Source: the human T2T-CHM13v2.0 reference genome, Homo sapiens. From it: DNA of 64,000 nt. The notes beneath the pieces were generated by a model that saw nothing but the letters and a program-made list of their open reading frames with translations, had not been told where the DNA came from and did no database searches. The translations under genes and the position numbers were made by a program. Shown piece after piece: positions 12,132 through 30,349 of this stretch (positions are counted from its first letter, which is position 1; every line of letters starts with the position of its first letter). The stretch lies in the NCBI RefSeq assembly GCF_009914755.1, contig NC_060927.1; one strand, 5' to 3'.

Positions 12132-12531
12132 AGAGGACTGCTTGAAGCCAGGACTTCCAGACCAGGCTGGGCAACATAAAGAGAATCCATCTCTATCAAA
12201 ACTAACAACAGCAAAAATTAGCAGGGTATGGTGTGGGGCATGCCTTGTAGTCTCAGCTACTTGGGGAGGCTTAAGGTAGAAAAACAGCTTGGGCCCAGGA
12301 GGTTGAGACTGCAACTGCACTCCAGCCTGGGAGACAGAGTGAAATCCTGTCCCTAAAACAAATAAATGAAACAAAACAAAAAAACCTTAGGTATTACTTT
12401 ATAAAGGAGCTGTCCATTACTATTTTTTTCACTGAGTATTTTCACACTTCTCATCATTGATGGAAGTTTACTTAATATACCCTTAAGACAAAAACAAAAC
12501 TGAACACAAATTTCATTGGAATCTAATTTAT

Positions 12532-12683
12532 GGTCAGGTACTGTGGCTCATGCCTGTAATCCTAGCACTTTGGGAGGCTGAGGCAGGATGATCACTTGAG
12601 CTCAGGAGTTCCAGACTAGCTTAGGAACATAGTGAGACCTTGTCTCTAATCTTTATTTTTTAAAAAGAAAATTAAAAAAAAAA
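12532..12683 (+). mobile_element. Alu monomer (FLAM-like)
   Basis: Left-arm sequence with A-rich tail. Confidence 0.9.
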
Positions 12684-12918
12684 TCTAATGTATTAAATAA
12701 ATCGGCATATTGCTAAATAAATCTGGGTAATAAAAAAGACAAAAAAACCTATTAAGTTCAAAATCATCTCTGTCAAAATATTTTTTCCTCAGTAATACAA
12801 ACCTAATACTAGTCATCTTTACTGTGTTAGACACTGTTGAATATTGGGAGATGCTGAAAATTTCACAGGGAAATAGATTTTACCCTTCCAAAATTTCTGG
12901 GAAAAAGATGTCTTTTAA

Positions 12919-13212
<294 letters not shown>

Positions 13213-15191
13213 AAAAAAAAAAAAAAATCTCTTTATTATACCACATTTTAAACACTGGAAAAGCAGCTTTGATTAACTCATGGCCCATACAATGGTATAC
13301 CCTCCCCCATTATTCGGAAGCAAATCCTTGACAAAAGATGTTCTTAATAAAAGCCAATACTAGTTCCAGAGGCTTTCATATCATTAAAATCTACCTCTAC
13401 TGTCAGATGTCATCAATATGACTTTACTTTCTGGATAAAATTCTTAATGCTCTAATGCTCTCCTTACTTCTCTTTCCACTCTATTTTATTCATGAAGGAT
13501 CCAGTGGGGAAAACTGTCCAAAGGCCAGGGAATTTTATCTGTTCCCACAGACTGGCTTTCTTGATGCTGATATCTGATGACTGAGTGAATAAGTTTTTCC
13601 GAAAGTGGCAAAAGATGGGAAAATAAAAGTTGAGTCAAGGAAAAAAGATAAATCTAATAATCAATTAACATCCGCAGTCACTGAAAACAGAGAACAGATC
13701 TACAAAGAAGGCATTAAGAATAAAATGTGGCAAATCAGTTGGCTGTGCATTACTCAAGAAGTCTCTTCTGTTCTCTCTCACCTGGCAATCACACTTCAGC
13801 TAGAAAGTCCCTAATTGCATTAACCTCCTGCTGGGATTCAGTAAGAGGTAGATTTTGTTTGACTTCAGCAGCTCTCTTTATGTAAAAGCGAACCCCCATA
13901 ACCAGCCAGTGGGTGGAGGAACGGAAAAATGAGAAAGCAAGGAAATGGAAAGAAGTTTAAAATCTTTTGAAATTACTGTGGTCATATGAATATATAAATA
14001 AGGCAAGTACTTTATTTCATTGCTTAGAACCAATTAGTTCAGAAAGGAGGGCAAGAGAGGCTTTTGTTTAGTGCCAGAATTATGAAATTTCAGGAAAGAA
14101 TACAGGCACTGACCTTCAGACACTAAATTATGTCTTGCTTTCCAAGAAATACAGTAAGTAACAAAGACTGCTTATTTAGGTACTGCCTACCTCAATGGAA
14201 TCATGTACCACCCAGGGGACTCAAAGGTGCTGCAGAGAGCTGTTTTGAAATTGCAAAACATCATATAAAGCCATGATGGTAGTACCACCTCCAGACTCAA
14301 AGATGGGCCAGGTAATTTCCAAGTACTACTTACAAAGCAACTGGACAGGCACACCAAAACTTATTTCATAAAATAAAATGATTCACCTGATTCTTGTTTT
14401 TTAAAAAATAGAAAAAAATTTTTTAAAAATAAAATGGTATAATAAAATAATATTTTCAATGTCCTGAGAAATAGTATAGAATAGTGGTCTCCAAACCTGA
14501 GGTCCATAAAGAATCAATTGTTTTCAGGATTTGCAAAGGCCCAACAGAAAATGTATGTTTACCTTTAATAAAGTTGGATAGGCAGATTTAAATAATATGT
14601 AACTTTGTCCGGAATTATAACTTCTCCAGGTGGTATCATTCTACCAGTGCCGTTTAGAAATGCCAACTGACTACTGGTCCCCAATTGTTTTTTTTTTTTT
14701 TTAAGAGAAAATAATACATGTTGCTGTAACATTTTCATAATAATAGGTTTATGAGAAAGAAAAAAAGAATCTCTGGTGGGGACCAGTTGATTTAAGTTTT
14801 ATTTTCCAAGTGAGGCCATACCTTCAATCTTAAAAAATATATATTGAGAAATTTCAAAAGTGTAAAGTAAATCATTAAAATTTCCCCAAGCATCACAATT
14901 CAGTTCTGTATTGCTGGAAAACTACCACTTGAAAGTAATATATAGGTAAACCATGTTGCTTTTAAAAATGCTGTTTACCATAGTGAAGAGCTATTTCAGG
15001 CTGAATGCCATGAATGTCAGAGGTACATAAACCATTTCTTGAAATCCTTAGTTGATAGCTCTTTTATCATTTCCAAATCCCAGGTGAACAACATACCAAG
15101 TATGTTGTCTCAGTTATGAAAAATAAACATTTTCTATATTATCAGAAAATATGAAGATTGTTAAAAAAGAAAAATGGCATTTGATGGGCTA

Positions 15192-15491
<300 letters not shown>

Positions 15492-16139
15492 TCAATTTGT
15501 TCTTTTCACAGTATTACTAGCCATAGATGGCTTGGGAGCGGGGATAAACCCACATACAAAAACCCACATACAAAGGCTTCATTCTTTGTTACTTAATTTT
15601 CCACTAAATTGCATAGAGCTTGTGGTTCCAAAAATTGTTTAAGAATAGCCATCTGACTCGAAGAGATGTAACCAAGAAAGAATAGGAAGGTGAAAACAGA
15701 TATGATAGATATTAACTGGCTACTTACGGAAATCCAACTCTTTCCAAGCTTCTTAAAATGTGTTAACAAAAAGCATCCAAATGGCCAATTTCTCATTGCT
15801 ATACCTTTTCTCTTAAAATACAACTACAACTACAGTATTCTGCTGTTTGACATCATTAAGCTCAGACAACAGGCCTTATAAGTAAGTACAGTAAGATGGG
15901 GTTGGGAGAGTGCTAGTCTGCATAGGAGACAGACTTGAGTCATTGCTCTGCCAGTCATCAGCTGTGGGACTTGTATGATTTATGGGGCTTAAAATGAATC
16001 AAGATTTAGTACCTAATAAATAGGAATTGAGTTTGCAAGGTTGAGGCTGGAGATGAAAAACTAGAGAAAGCGTAACTACGATAGCTGAAGAGACAAGAAG
16101 AATTGCCAAAGGATAGTGAAATAATAATAATATTCGGCT

Positions 16140-16700
16140 ATTAACACCAGTATAGAGCATATACTTAAAAATACTGTTGAATGAGTGAATGAATAAATGA
16201 GGAGGAGAATTTGGGGAATTAGCTGAAGTTTAGGGTAAAGAAAATGATAAAGACATTTTACTCTGCTGTAGATTAGATGATCTCATAGTTGCTATTAACT
16301 TGCCTTTCATTTCTTCCTGAGACATTATGTTTTAAGGCATTTTGCCTTCTTTGGTAGTTTTAACCTGAGAGGTCAAAGGCTTAAAGAAGAGACGTGAGAC
16401 CAGAGGGGAGATTACTAAAACATGATAGGGAGAAGTAGAGTAGTGGCAGAAGAAATGTAAAAGAAAAGGCTTAGCAGTACTTCTGAAGGAGAAACCAGTA
16501 AGATTTGTTGATTGTACACTGGAGATGGAGAAGAATGAATGAAAGATAAGGCCTATGTTTCCATCCTAAGAGAATGATGATGCAATTCAAACAGGGAAGA
16601 TGAAAAACAGCTTTGTTTTGGGAAAGAAAATTATGATTTCGAATTTAGATATTTTGAACTGCAGTAAGGGGAAAACAGTCACTTAGGAATGATTGGAAAG
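16140..16700. mobile_element. Degraded L2 fragments
   Basis: TGTTGAATGAGTGAATGAATAAATG is an L2 3' end; purine-rich L2-like stretch follows. Confidence 0.45.
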
Positions 16701-16788
16701 AAGCTGGAATTTTGATCCAAAGAAAAGGATCTTCCAGAGACAGTTCTATAACCTGGTATCAACACTTAACATAAGATGACAAATATGA

Positions 16789-17156
<368 letters not shown>

Positions 17157-18043
17157 GGGCAGAACATTTTTAAGGGAACAATTCTGCTGAGGCCAAAACA
17201 GCTTTTAAGGACTCCAACCTCATATCAGGCTTATATTAATCACAACAGCTGAATAAGAATCTGTACTGACCTGAAAATTAGCACAAGCAGATGTTCACTG
17301 TCACAAGTTGGAGCCAGAAGACAACTTATTCCCAGACCTTGATTGAGCTGATTCAATGTATACACAATAGGCATATACCAGGGACAGTAATTATTCTAAT
17401 CACAAAGGGGAAAAGGAAGAAGACATAATACCTTCTACTGGGGTCAACAGACAATTCTAATAGAGAAAGTACAGAAAATTAATGTCCCTTTAGATCCTAA
17501 TTTAGATGTCAATGTCTACTTAAAAAAATTCCAAGCTATAAAAGAATGGGATCAAACGAGTGCTGTGCAAATGGCATCAGGGTACTAGAGGCATTATTCC
17601 TACCCTTGATATCTATACAGCTGGGGTTCTCACTCTCTAGTGAGGAACGAAAAGGAGGAGAGGAAAGAGCAGAGAGAGGTGGAATATGCCTGGAGACTCT
17701 GGTCTTAACCAGTTACTCTTGACATTTTGGCCACTATGGCATCCATGGGTTCCAGCATCCTCCTCTCAAGTCTTTGTGACAAATAATGTTCTCTTATATT
17801 TCCAAAACCAGTAGGGGTCTGGGGGTGAGGCAGGGGAGTAGTGTGGGGAGGAAGAGGAGTTGATAATTTCCTGGAGATCTGAAGTGCTGCTGACTGCATT
17901 TTATGATTCAAGAGTTTTCACAAAACATGACTCATTCTTTGAATACCTGTAAGCCTTCAAATCTTGATTTTATTTATCAGAATTTGACAACAGATGTCAT
18001 GCTCATTGGCCTGACTTCTTTATACTTAACCTATTTGAAACAC

Positions 18044-18628
<585 letters not shown>

Positions 18629-18635
18629 AAAACAC

Positions 18636-18944
18636 TTTTTTATTTTTTATTTTTATTTTTTGAGATGGAGTCTTGCTCTGTCACCCAAATTGGAGTGCAG
18701 TGCGCGATCTCGGCTTACTGCAACCTCCGCCTCCTGGGTTCTCAAGTGATTCGCCTGCCTCAGCCTCCTGAGTAGCTGGGACTACAAACGTGCACCACCA
18801 TGCCCTGCTAATTTTTGTATTTTTAGTAGAGACAGGGTTTCACCATGTTGGCCAGGCTGGTCTGGAACTCTTGACCTCAGGTGATGCTCCCACCTCAGCC
18901 TCCCAAAGTGCTGGGATTACAGGTGTGAGCCACTGCACTTGGCT
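18636..18944 (-). mobile_element. Alu (AluS-like)
   Basis: Full dimer. Confidence 0.95.
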
Positions 18945-19220
18945 TGAAACATTTTATTAAAAAATAAAAAATATAACAATAAAGTGACTCACTCCAAAAA
19001 GGAAGAGAAGAAACCCTGTACTGAGCTTTCTGTACTCCATCTGAGTACAGACTTCCTACTAGCATTCAAGTGGATACATTAACACAGGAAACTCCTAAAC
19101 TTTTAGAAGTGAAATTAGGACCAAGAGCCACAGTTCAACCACCTATTTAATGGTCAACAATGATTGAAATTGTTCATAAAATAAGGCTTCCTAAAGTCTA
19201 TACAAGACAAAGTCATTTCC

Positions 19221-19410
19221 TTGTTTTTATTTCATTTATTTCATTATTTTTTTAGAGACGAGGTCTTGCACTGTTGCACAGGCTGGAGTGCAATGGCTAT
19301 TCACAGGTGTGATCATAGCTCACTGCAGCCTCAAACTCCTGGGCTCAAGCAATCCTCCTGCCTCAGCCTCTTGAGTGGCTGGGATTACTGGCACAAGACA
19401 CCACACCTAG
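19221..19410 (-). mobile_element. Alu monomer (FAM/FRAM-like)
   Basis: TSD CAAGACAAAGTCATTT. Confidence 0.9.
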
Positions 19411-19549
19411 CAAGACAAAGTCATTTTTAACTGGAGGGGAAAAAAAAAAGGCAGTGTTTGAGGGGGATAGATATGAATGACTGGGCAGCGTAGAAATAGG
19501 GCAAAACCAGATTTAGAAGTTGGTGATGAGAAAATACCCCTCATATACT

Positions 19550-19690
19550 GTTGCCATCTGTTTACATCTCAGCTCCCCTACTAGACAGTGAACTCCTTCA
19601 GGGAGCTCATGGCCCTATATTCACTTCTAGTTCTCCAGTAATAGGTGGACAGTATGGGCTCAATAAATATCTGTTGGATGAGTAAGAAAT
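19550..19690 (+). mobile_element. L2 3'-end fragment
   Basis: CTAGACAGTGAACTCC...CTCAATAAATATCTGTTGGATGAG. Confidence 0.65.
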
Positions 19691-20057
19691 AAAAGCATAA
19701 ATCATATCACCTCAAATACATGCTTATATTAAAAAGTGGAGATATATTTAAAAAATTCAAAATCCCAAATGAGAATTGAAAGGGACCTTAAAAGATGGTC
19801 TACCCATGGTTAAATTTATTAGAAATGTCAAAGGGGAAAAATCATTCAAAATTAAAATTAGGAGACAAATTTATCACATACGACTAAGAAGCAATAAATG
19901 TGGAAGACCTCTGTTTTCAAGCCATTATTTAGAAAATCAACATGGAATAGTCTTTAGTTTGCTACTGACTTTGGCAGTCACTTGGGAAATAAACATTGTC
20001 CATCTTTCCATTAATATATTCCAACAAAATTACTTTTACTTTCTTATAATTTGATTA

Positions 20058-20408
<351 letters not shown>

Positions 20409-21620
20409 TTACAGGATATTATAGAATTTGTAAAGCACTAAGGTAGAGGATGAGGAAAAAAAAAGTCCTAATTAAAATTACTAGTAATTTAGTGCTTTGT
20501 CTTGCACGTTGAGAGGAAAATTTTAGTAAGACAAAACTATTCATGATTAATTGATAACAAATGTTCTTTAGTATCTTTTTATAAACAAAACAAACATTGG
20601 GATATTATCAGGAATTTCATTCATTCTTTCCAACTATTAGGAGCTTTGTTTCCTCTTGGGGTGTTTTATGTTGTAATTATATTAACATTTCTGATATAAT
20701 ATTCTAATATAGGGTAATATTAATGCTTCCTTCCTTGAATTTTAATTTCAAAGAATGCCTAAGACATCCTAATTCTTAAAATGTACTGCAATGTAACAAG
20801 AGCTTTGTCTGATTTAGATTAAAATCTAAGATTTTTTTGTATCTAACTCAGATTTGCTAGTGAACCTAGTTGCATGTAGTTTGCATCCTGTTTGCTTTTT
20901 CTTTAACTGAAAACTGTTAAAAATAATTGCCCTTTCCATAAATCACATAAATGTGGTACAGCTGAATCACATAATGTGATGACCTCTGCTTTTCATTTAT
21001 CTAGATTCCAACTCTGTTGCTCAAAATTTTAATTATTCTTTTCAGCTGTTTGACATCTTCAACTGACTAAGCATGTCAATATTTTTAGCCCAGGAATTAA
21101 TGAAGAGGTTGAACTGGACAGGGAGTATCCTGAAGCAAGCCATTAGAGACCTTGTTCCAGGCTGACATTTATCTAAATTAGTAATCTTCACTCATTCATT
21201 CACTTATTCAGTTACAAATAATCACTTATTACTTTCCCCCAAAGATATCACAAAAGTCTCTGTTAAATGACTGCTGAAATCCGGCATACCCTATGTCTTC
21301 AGAGCATCTCTAACCTACTACTACAGTAATCCTATCAAAAAAGGAAATGGGTTTAATCTCGGATAATTTAAATTTAGAAAATCTGTTTAATATCCTAGTA
21401 ATTAGGGCTTCTTTTATAATAAAGTACTTATTTATGTACTCTTAACCACTGGTCTTTACTGGTAATAACTAAATGCTAAGGAGGCTGAAATTTGTCTATT
21501 TTTCAAATAATTAAGAGTACTCAGAAAATACCTTTGCATATCTAATTTTAAGATTAAATAACTAAACTTGAGCATTACAGTTTTACCATAAGACTCGTGA
21601 TGTTTTAATAAACTTTAGAT

Positions 21621-21957
21621 TGTCCGGTGTAGTGGCTCATGCCTGCAATCCTAGCACTTTGGAAGGCTGAGGTGGGCAGAATGCTTGAGCCCAGGAGTTT
21701 GAGACTAGCCTGGGCAACATGGTGAGACCCCATCTCTACAAAAACTTAAAGAAAAAAAATAGCTGGGCATGGCATGGTGGGCTTGTATGCCTACAGTCCC
21801 ACCTACTTGGGAGGCTGAGGTGGGAGGATCACCTGAGCCCAGGAGGCCCAGGCTGTGGTGAGCTGAGATTGTGCCACTGTACTCCAGCCTGAGCGACAGA
21901 GCGAGACTTGCCTCAAAAAAAAAAAAAAAAAAAAAAAAAAGAGAGAGAGAGAGAGAG
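21621..21957 (+). mobile_element. Alu (AluJ-like) with poly-A and (GA)n tail
   Basis: TSD AAACTTTA. Confidence 0.95.
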
Positions 21958-22350
21958 AAACTTTAAATCATCAAGGCTAACACCATTTACTTTTCTCTGG
22001 TTAGTCCATGATCCTGAGGTCCAAGTTTTTTGTTGCTACACAATAAAAATTTATTTTACACCATAAATCTATACTAGGTAGGTAAAATAAAAATAACTAG
22101 AAATGAAGAACATTCTGTTTAGATACCATCTGAAGTGTCAACGAATACATACTGACTTCTGCTTGTATTTTTGGGCTTCAGGCTCTTTATCCTCAGAAGA
22201 CTGACACTCTCAAGTGGGAGGACAAAGCAGCATAAGAACAATAATGCACACTGATAATGGCAGAGAGTCAGAATTGAGGACGATGTCTATCTAGCAATAG
22301 GCTTTCATGGTGACCAAAATTCCCAGTGGATATTAAAAAACTGTGTCAGT

Positions 22351-22742
<392 letters not shown>

Positions 22743-22772
22743 TTATTCCATTTTATTTTTCCAAATTTTTAA

Positions 22773-22903
22773 GTTTTTTGAGATGGGGGAATAGGGACGG
22801 TCTCATTATGTTGGCCAGGCTAGTCTTGAACTCCTGGGCTCAAGTGATTCTGCCTCGGACTCCCAAGTACCTGGGACTACAGGTGCAAGCAAGTGTGCCC
22901 AGC
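22773..22903 (-). mobile_element. Alu monomer inserted in a MIR
   Basis: Left-arm sequence; ATTCCATTTTA on both sides. Confidence 0.85.
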
Positions 22904-22904
22904 T

Positions 22905-23040
22905 ATCATTCCATTTTAAATACGAGGAAAGTGAGGCTCATGAGAAGTTGGAATTCTTTAAAGACTGAGGACTAGTGAGAAGTTAAGCTAAATCTGGAGC
23001 TCAGATATTCTAAATCCAAGTTCACGGTTTTTATGACTAT
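22905..23040 (-). mobile_element. MIR fragment
   Basis: CCATTTTAAATACGAGGAAAGTGAGGCTCA core. Confidence 0.65.
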
Positions 23041-23307
23041 ACTATGTCTTCTCCCATGGCCAATCCTAAGTGGTCAGTCAACAGTAACAACTCTCAGCCT
23101 ATTTATGCTAAACGCAAAAAACAACTCTACTTAAAAGTAACAGGCTTTACAGAGGCACCAATTATATACAGGTCAGCAACTACAGAAAGAAGATATTGAA
23201 TCTAATGGGAAACTCTCTCTGTAAAAGACACTAAGTCCAGGATATTTGTGGCCCAAGTCTTTCTCCCACCAAAATTTCAAGAAATCTATATTCTCAGCCA
23301 TGTTCCA

Positions 23308-23605
23308 TTTTATTTTATTTTCTTGAGATGGAGTCTCGCTCTGTTGCCCAGGCTGGAGTGCAGTGGCACAATCTCAGCTCACTGCAACCTCCGCCTCCCA
23401 GTTCAAGCGATTCTCCTGCCTCAGCCTCCAGAGTAGCTGGGATTACAGGCGCCTGCCACCATGCCCGGCTAATTTTTGTATTTTTAGTAGAGACAACGTT
23501 TTACCATGTTGGCCAGGCTGGTCTTGAACTCCTCACCTCAGGTGATCCGCCCGCCTCAGCCTCCCAAAGTACTAGGATTACAGGTGTGAGCCACTGCACC
23601 AAGCC
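23308..23605 (-). mobile_element. Alu (AluSx-like)
   Basis: TSD CATGTTC(C/A)ATTTTA. Confidence 0.95.
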
Positions 23606-24004
23606 ATGTTCAATTTTATATCCATGCTTAGTTTCATGAATGCAGACTGATGCACTCCAGAATCACTTGCCGCTTAATAAGCATTCAGTCTATGTCCAAA
23701 GTTTATTTAATTCTCATGTCTGTAAGAAAATAATCAGTTTTGACAGATACAGTCTATGTGAACATCATCATTTAAAAGTATACATATACATCATATGGTA
23801 ACACCAATTTCACTATAAATTTTTATTAATTTCATATTACAACTTACTAATTAGTACAACCAGAGATTAATATCATGTAATAAGATATGCTACTCCCACT
23901 TAAGGAAGATTTTGTTTCTGTAAAATAATATGCAAATTAATAACTTACATATGAAATAATACTTATTACATTGGACTTGAAAATAGTCATTTAAAGAAAT
24001 CCTA

Positions 24005-24646
<642 letters not shown>

Positions 24647-24890
24647 CTAGATCGAATGCATTTGAAAACAAATAATCACTCTACCCAAAGTTATAAGGCT
24701 TTTGTTTAAATTTAGATTTTGCAATACATGAGCTGTTCCAGTTTATGCAAAATCCCTCATTTACTGTCTGTAGTTTGTAATTTATGAATTATAATCAGAT
24801 AAGAAATTGCTTTTAAAATCAAATATAACTGACTACAAATGAGTAATGCATGAGGAGTTAAAGACGCAAGTCTCTTTCTGAAAGAAAACA

Positions 24891-25206
<316 letters not shown>

Positions 25207-25410
25207 TAAAACCAATCTTTATATGTCTGTATGGGTATCATCTGAGTATTGTGAAATCTAAAAATCTTGAGAGGTTATCTCAAGCAAAACATTCTTGTTT
25301 TATAGATGAGAAATAAAACCTCTGGTAGGTTAACTGAACATATCTAATTGTGTAGGACTGAAACTAGAGCCTCTCGAGGTTCAACTCTCTCCAATATGAA
25401 TCTTCATTTA

Positions 25411-25684
<274 letters not shown>

Positions 25685-26017
25685 TTTTTTCCTCCATCCA
25701 ACTCTAAAACTCGTAGGTAATCTGGCATATAATTAATTTAGTGGATAACAGTATTGAGTCAAATGATGCCAGCAATTTGCCACCTCTTGCACTAGAGAAA
25801 ACAGAAGATTAACAGGCAAAAACTGGAACTGTTTCATTAAATAACCTATGACATTTGGTAAAATATGTATGATAAAACATATAAATGATAAATGTAAATG
25901 CAATGATATAAAATGGAAAGGCAGCATTCGTTTAGGAAATATGTAATAAAAGTTGTCTTCCTCTGCTGCTCTCTCAAATTCTGTGACCTGGTTCTATTCT
26001 TCAAAGATGAAAATGGA

Positions 26018-26190
26018 AGCACAATAGCACAATCCTGTAATCCCAGATACTTGGAAGGCTGGAGGAGAACAGCTTGAGCCCAGGAGTTCAAGGCTGTAAT
26101 GAACTATGATTGTGCCTTTAAATAGCCACTGACAACACAGTGAGACCCCCATCTCAAAAAAAAAAAAAAGAAAAAAAAAAGGAAAAGAAA
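26018..26190 (+). mobile_element. Alu monomer (FAM/FRAM-like)
   Basis: CCTGTAATCCCAG...GAGACCCCCATCTC followed by an A-tail. Confidence 0.85.
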
Positions 26191-26649
26191 ATGGAGTTTC
26201 TAGAAATTAAAAGAATTATCTCAAGATGCAGTTACAATAAGCTTCTTCTAGACCACCTACTTCCCCCATTTCATTCTCACATACTAATTCTTAACAGTCC
26301 TTACTTCTTAAAGATTTGTTTTTAATTAACAGATTCCTACTGTTGCCCATTATGTTCCTAATAGCTCTTGTGTGAGAATCATCTCAGAATACTCGATCTT
26401 TCATTCTGAACACCTCATCTCTAGTGACAACTATTAACAGAATAAATGAAAAGCCCCTGTTTCTAGGGAAAAAAAAACTTACTGTAAACCCAACTGATAA
26501 TTGTAAAATAGGACAATATGGGATACAGTTCTTCAATAAGGAAGAAAGCGACATCACCTTTGGGGAGGGGGTGAGGGAACGTCAAAGATATTTGTCATTA
26601 AACTTCAACTGGGCATGAAAACAAATTCTTTCCATTTTAAAATTACAAA

Positions 26650-26920
26650 CATATTTGTATGTATCTTGGTGAACTTCTTTGGGTAGACTGATAGTGTAAA
26701 TTCCTAGCAGTTTATCAGTGTATATATTTTGCACTTTGATAGAGATTACACATTGCTTTCCTGAAAGACTGCAGCAATTTACACTACTGCCAACAGTGTA
26801 GGTGAATGACTGTGCCAGCTCCAGGTATCAAACTTTTGTATTTTGATTAATCTGATAATTAAAATGAGATCATATTTTCACTTATCATTTGTATTTTTTT
26901 GATTATGGGTAAACTTGACC
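26650..26920 (-). mobile_element. Old L1 fragment
   Basis: CAATTTACACTACTGCCAACAGTGTA is an antisense L1 ORF2 3' motif. Confidence 0.55.
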
Positions 26921-27720
26921 ACCTGGAAACTCGAACTTTTAACTGGACAATAAGGAATGCCAATATAAAGGTAGGCCCATTTGGTATATAATATGACAAC
27001 CATACATACATATGTAACAACCCACACATATTCCCTTTTCTGTTAGAACTTTTGGAGCCCAGAAAAGATCTTTTCCTTGAAGTTGCAATCAGGGTATAAT
27101 TAAAAAGATACCTAGATTTTTCAAACAGATAATGTGCATGAGGCACCAATGGGGATAAAAAAGCCAACTTTAATTAGGCTTCTACACTCCTTAGAAATGA
27201 TTCCCTATAAACTTTTCTTCACAAGTTTCCACTGAACATAAAATACATTCTTCCACCCATCTATCAATCTAAACAGTCTGTATTCTCCACATATCCTTAG
27301 ACTTCAAACAACCAGTTCACATTTCATTAAGAGGAAATGAGAATTAAAGGGCACACTGTAATCCTATTTCCTGGGCTTACAGAGCTCAAAATTTTCCATT
27401 TTACTTATCTGAAAAATAATACTGGATGGCTCAGCAAACTGATTTTAAATCAGAGATAGGGTCCTAAGTATATCTGCCCAGTAGAGGACTCCCTGTATTT
27501 TAGGTATTGAAGATGCACACATACAGTTAACACATACACACCCACCCTCCCACTCTTCCTTTTTTTTCTCACTCTTACACAGGAGCTAGGACTACAAACA
27601 TGAAGATGACAATTACAGTAACAGAGAAAGTATCTCTGAAGTTCTTTGTCTTTTCTGAAGACAAATGTTTTCCTTTCTATATCCAACCCTGTCCCCATCC
27701 TACCTTAAAATGCACTCTCT

Positions 27721-28003
27721 GGCCAGGCGCGGTGGCTCACGCCTGTAATCCCAGCACTTTGGGAGGCCGAGGCAGGGGAATCATGAGGTCAGGTGTTCAC
27801 GACCAGCCTGGTCAACATGGCAAAACCCTGTCTCTACTAAAAATACAAAAAACACTGGCTGGGTGTGGTGTTGTGCACCTGCAGTCCCAGCTACTTGGGA
27901 GGCTGAGGCAGGAGAATCGCTTGAACCTGGGAGGCAGAAGTTGTGCCATTGCACTCTAGCCTGGGCAACAGAGACTCCATCTCAAACAAACAAACAAACA
28001 AAC
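27721..28003 (+). mobile_element. Alu (AluS-like, small deletion)
   Basis: TSD CACTCTCT; (CAAA)n tail. Confidence 0.95.
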
Positions 28004-28318
28004 ACTCTCTATCTGCTCTGTGCTTGAAGTGAAACGTACATAAATTTAAGTCCAAGTAAGCCTACCTTTATATTGACATTCCTTATTTTCCTGTTAAAAG
28101 TAATCTCCTTCTAGTTCTCTGTACTTCTAAACTTTCTAATTTTTATGGTATATATATATTTTTTACTTGACATTGTGAGTGCTTAAGTCTGAGACTGTGT
28201 CTTATATCTTATACATTCTTGAACTCCTTACAGCACCCACCATATTACTTTATATTGAGTGGCCAGTCACTGTTTCATTCTTATTATATTAAATGAGTTT
28301 ATATTTATAAAGTGTTTC

Positions 28319-29372
<1,054 letters not shown>

Positions 29373-29439
29373 TTTCGAATAGTGCTGGCACATAACAAAT
29401 GCTATTTATTAAATAAGAAACTGACAAATTTTTTCTAAT

Positions 29440-30349
29440 GAATTTTCCCCTTCAGCATGTAAATCTTATTTCTCCTGTCTTAAATAAACTTCTTGACTCC
29501 ATTCCCTTCACCAGTTACTTCCCCAGTTACTTCTTCCTACTGCAGTGTAACTCATAAAGATTATTCAAACTCACTGTCTACAAATTATTTTCTTCCCATT
29601 CACAAACCCACTCAACTGGCTTTTATCTCATCGGTCTACTAAAAAGTTTCTGTTGAGGTGACCAATCATCTCCAAATTACTAAATCCAAAGAGAAGTTCT
29701 TAGTCCTCTTCTTATTGACCTATCTGCAGCATTTGACATACTTGATGTTTCCTTTCTCCTATGAAGAATTTCCATACTTGGTTTTCCAGTACACCATCCT
29801 CTCTAGATTTTCCTCTTCTCTCATAGGTCAATCTTCTTCCTTTTCTTCTTCTCCCTAATTACATTTTCTGCCTAGAACTTTCTCCTTAGTATCCTATGAC
29901 TCTAAGAGTCTCTAGACTCAAAAATGTCACTTACCTATTCAACATTCCCACTTAGATGGCTGATGGACACCTGAAACTGAACTCCAGCACTTTCCCACAA
30001 AACCTGCCCTCCAGCAGCATTTACATCTCAGTTAATGACAAATCTATTCTTCCAGCTGTTTAGGTTAAAATCCTCATAGTTACTGATTTCTTTCATACCT
30101 TACATCCAACCTGCCAGAAAATTCTGTTAGCATCGCCTTCAAAATACATCTAAAATCCAACTACATCTTATAATCTTCACTTGTACTTTAGTCTGAACCA
30201 TGATCATATATTGTCTGAGTTACTAAAATGATTTCCCAACTGGTCTATCTTGCCCACATATCTGTTCTTAATACTACAACCAGAATGATCCTTTAAAAAC
30301 CTAAGTCAAATCACATCAGTCCTCTGCTTAAAATTCTTCAATGAATTCC
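29440..30349 (+). mobile_element. L2 (L2a-like); continues at about 32185-32230 and 33470-33765
   Basis: CAGCATTTGACA, CATCTCAGTTAATG, CCTTCAAAATACATCTAAAATCC and CCTCTGCTTAAAA motifs. Confidence 0.8.

Larger units (their letters stand above)
11516..12385 (+). mobile_element. AluJ-like element split by MER41B (11516-11572 and 12132-12385)
   Basis: Left arm breaks at GGCAGAG and resumes at AGAGGACTGCTTGAAG. Confidence 0.9.

Noticed and set aside
19029-19051. Hairpin TCTGTACTC-CATCT-GAGTACAGA
   Set aside because: A 9-bp stem is expected by chance in 64 kb and is too short for a pre-miRNA
20475-20490. 16-bp palindrome AAATTACTAGTAATTT
   Set aside because: About one is expected by chance in AT-rich sequence of this size
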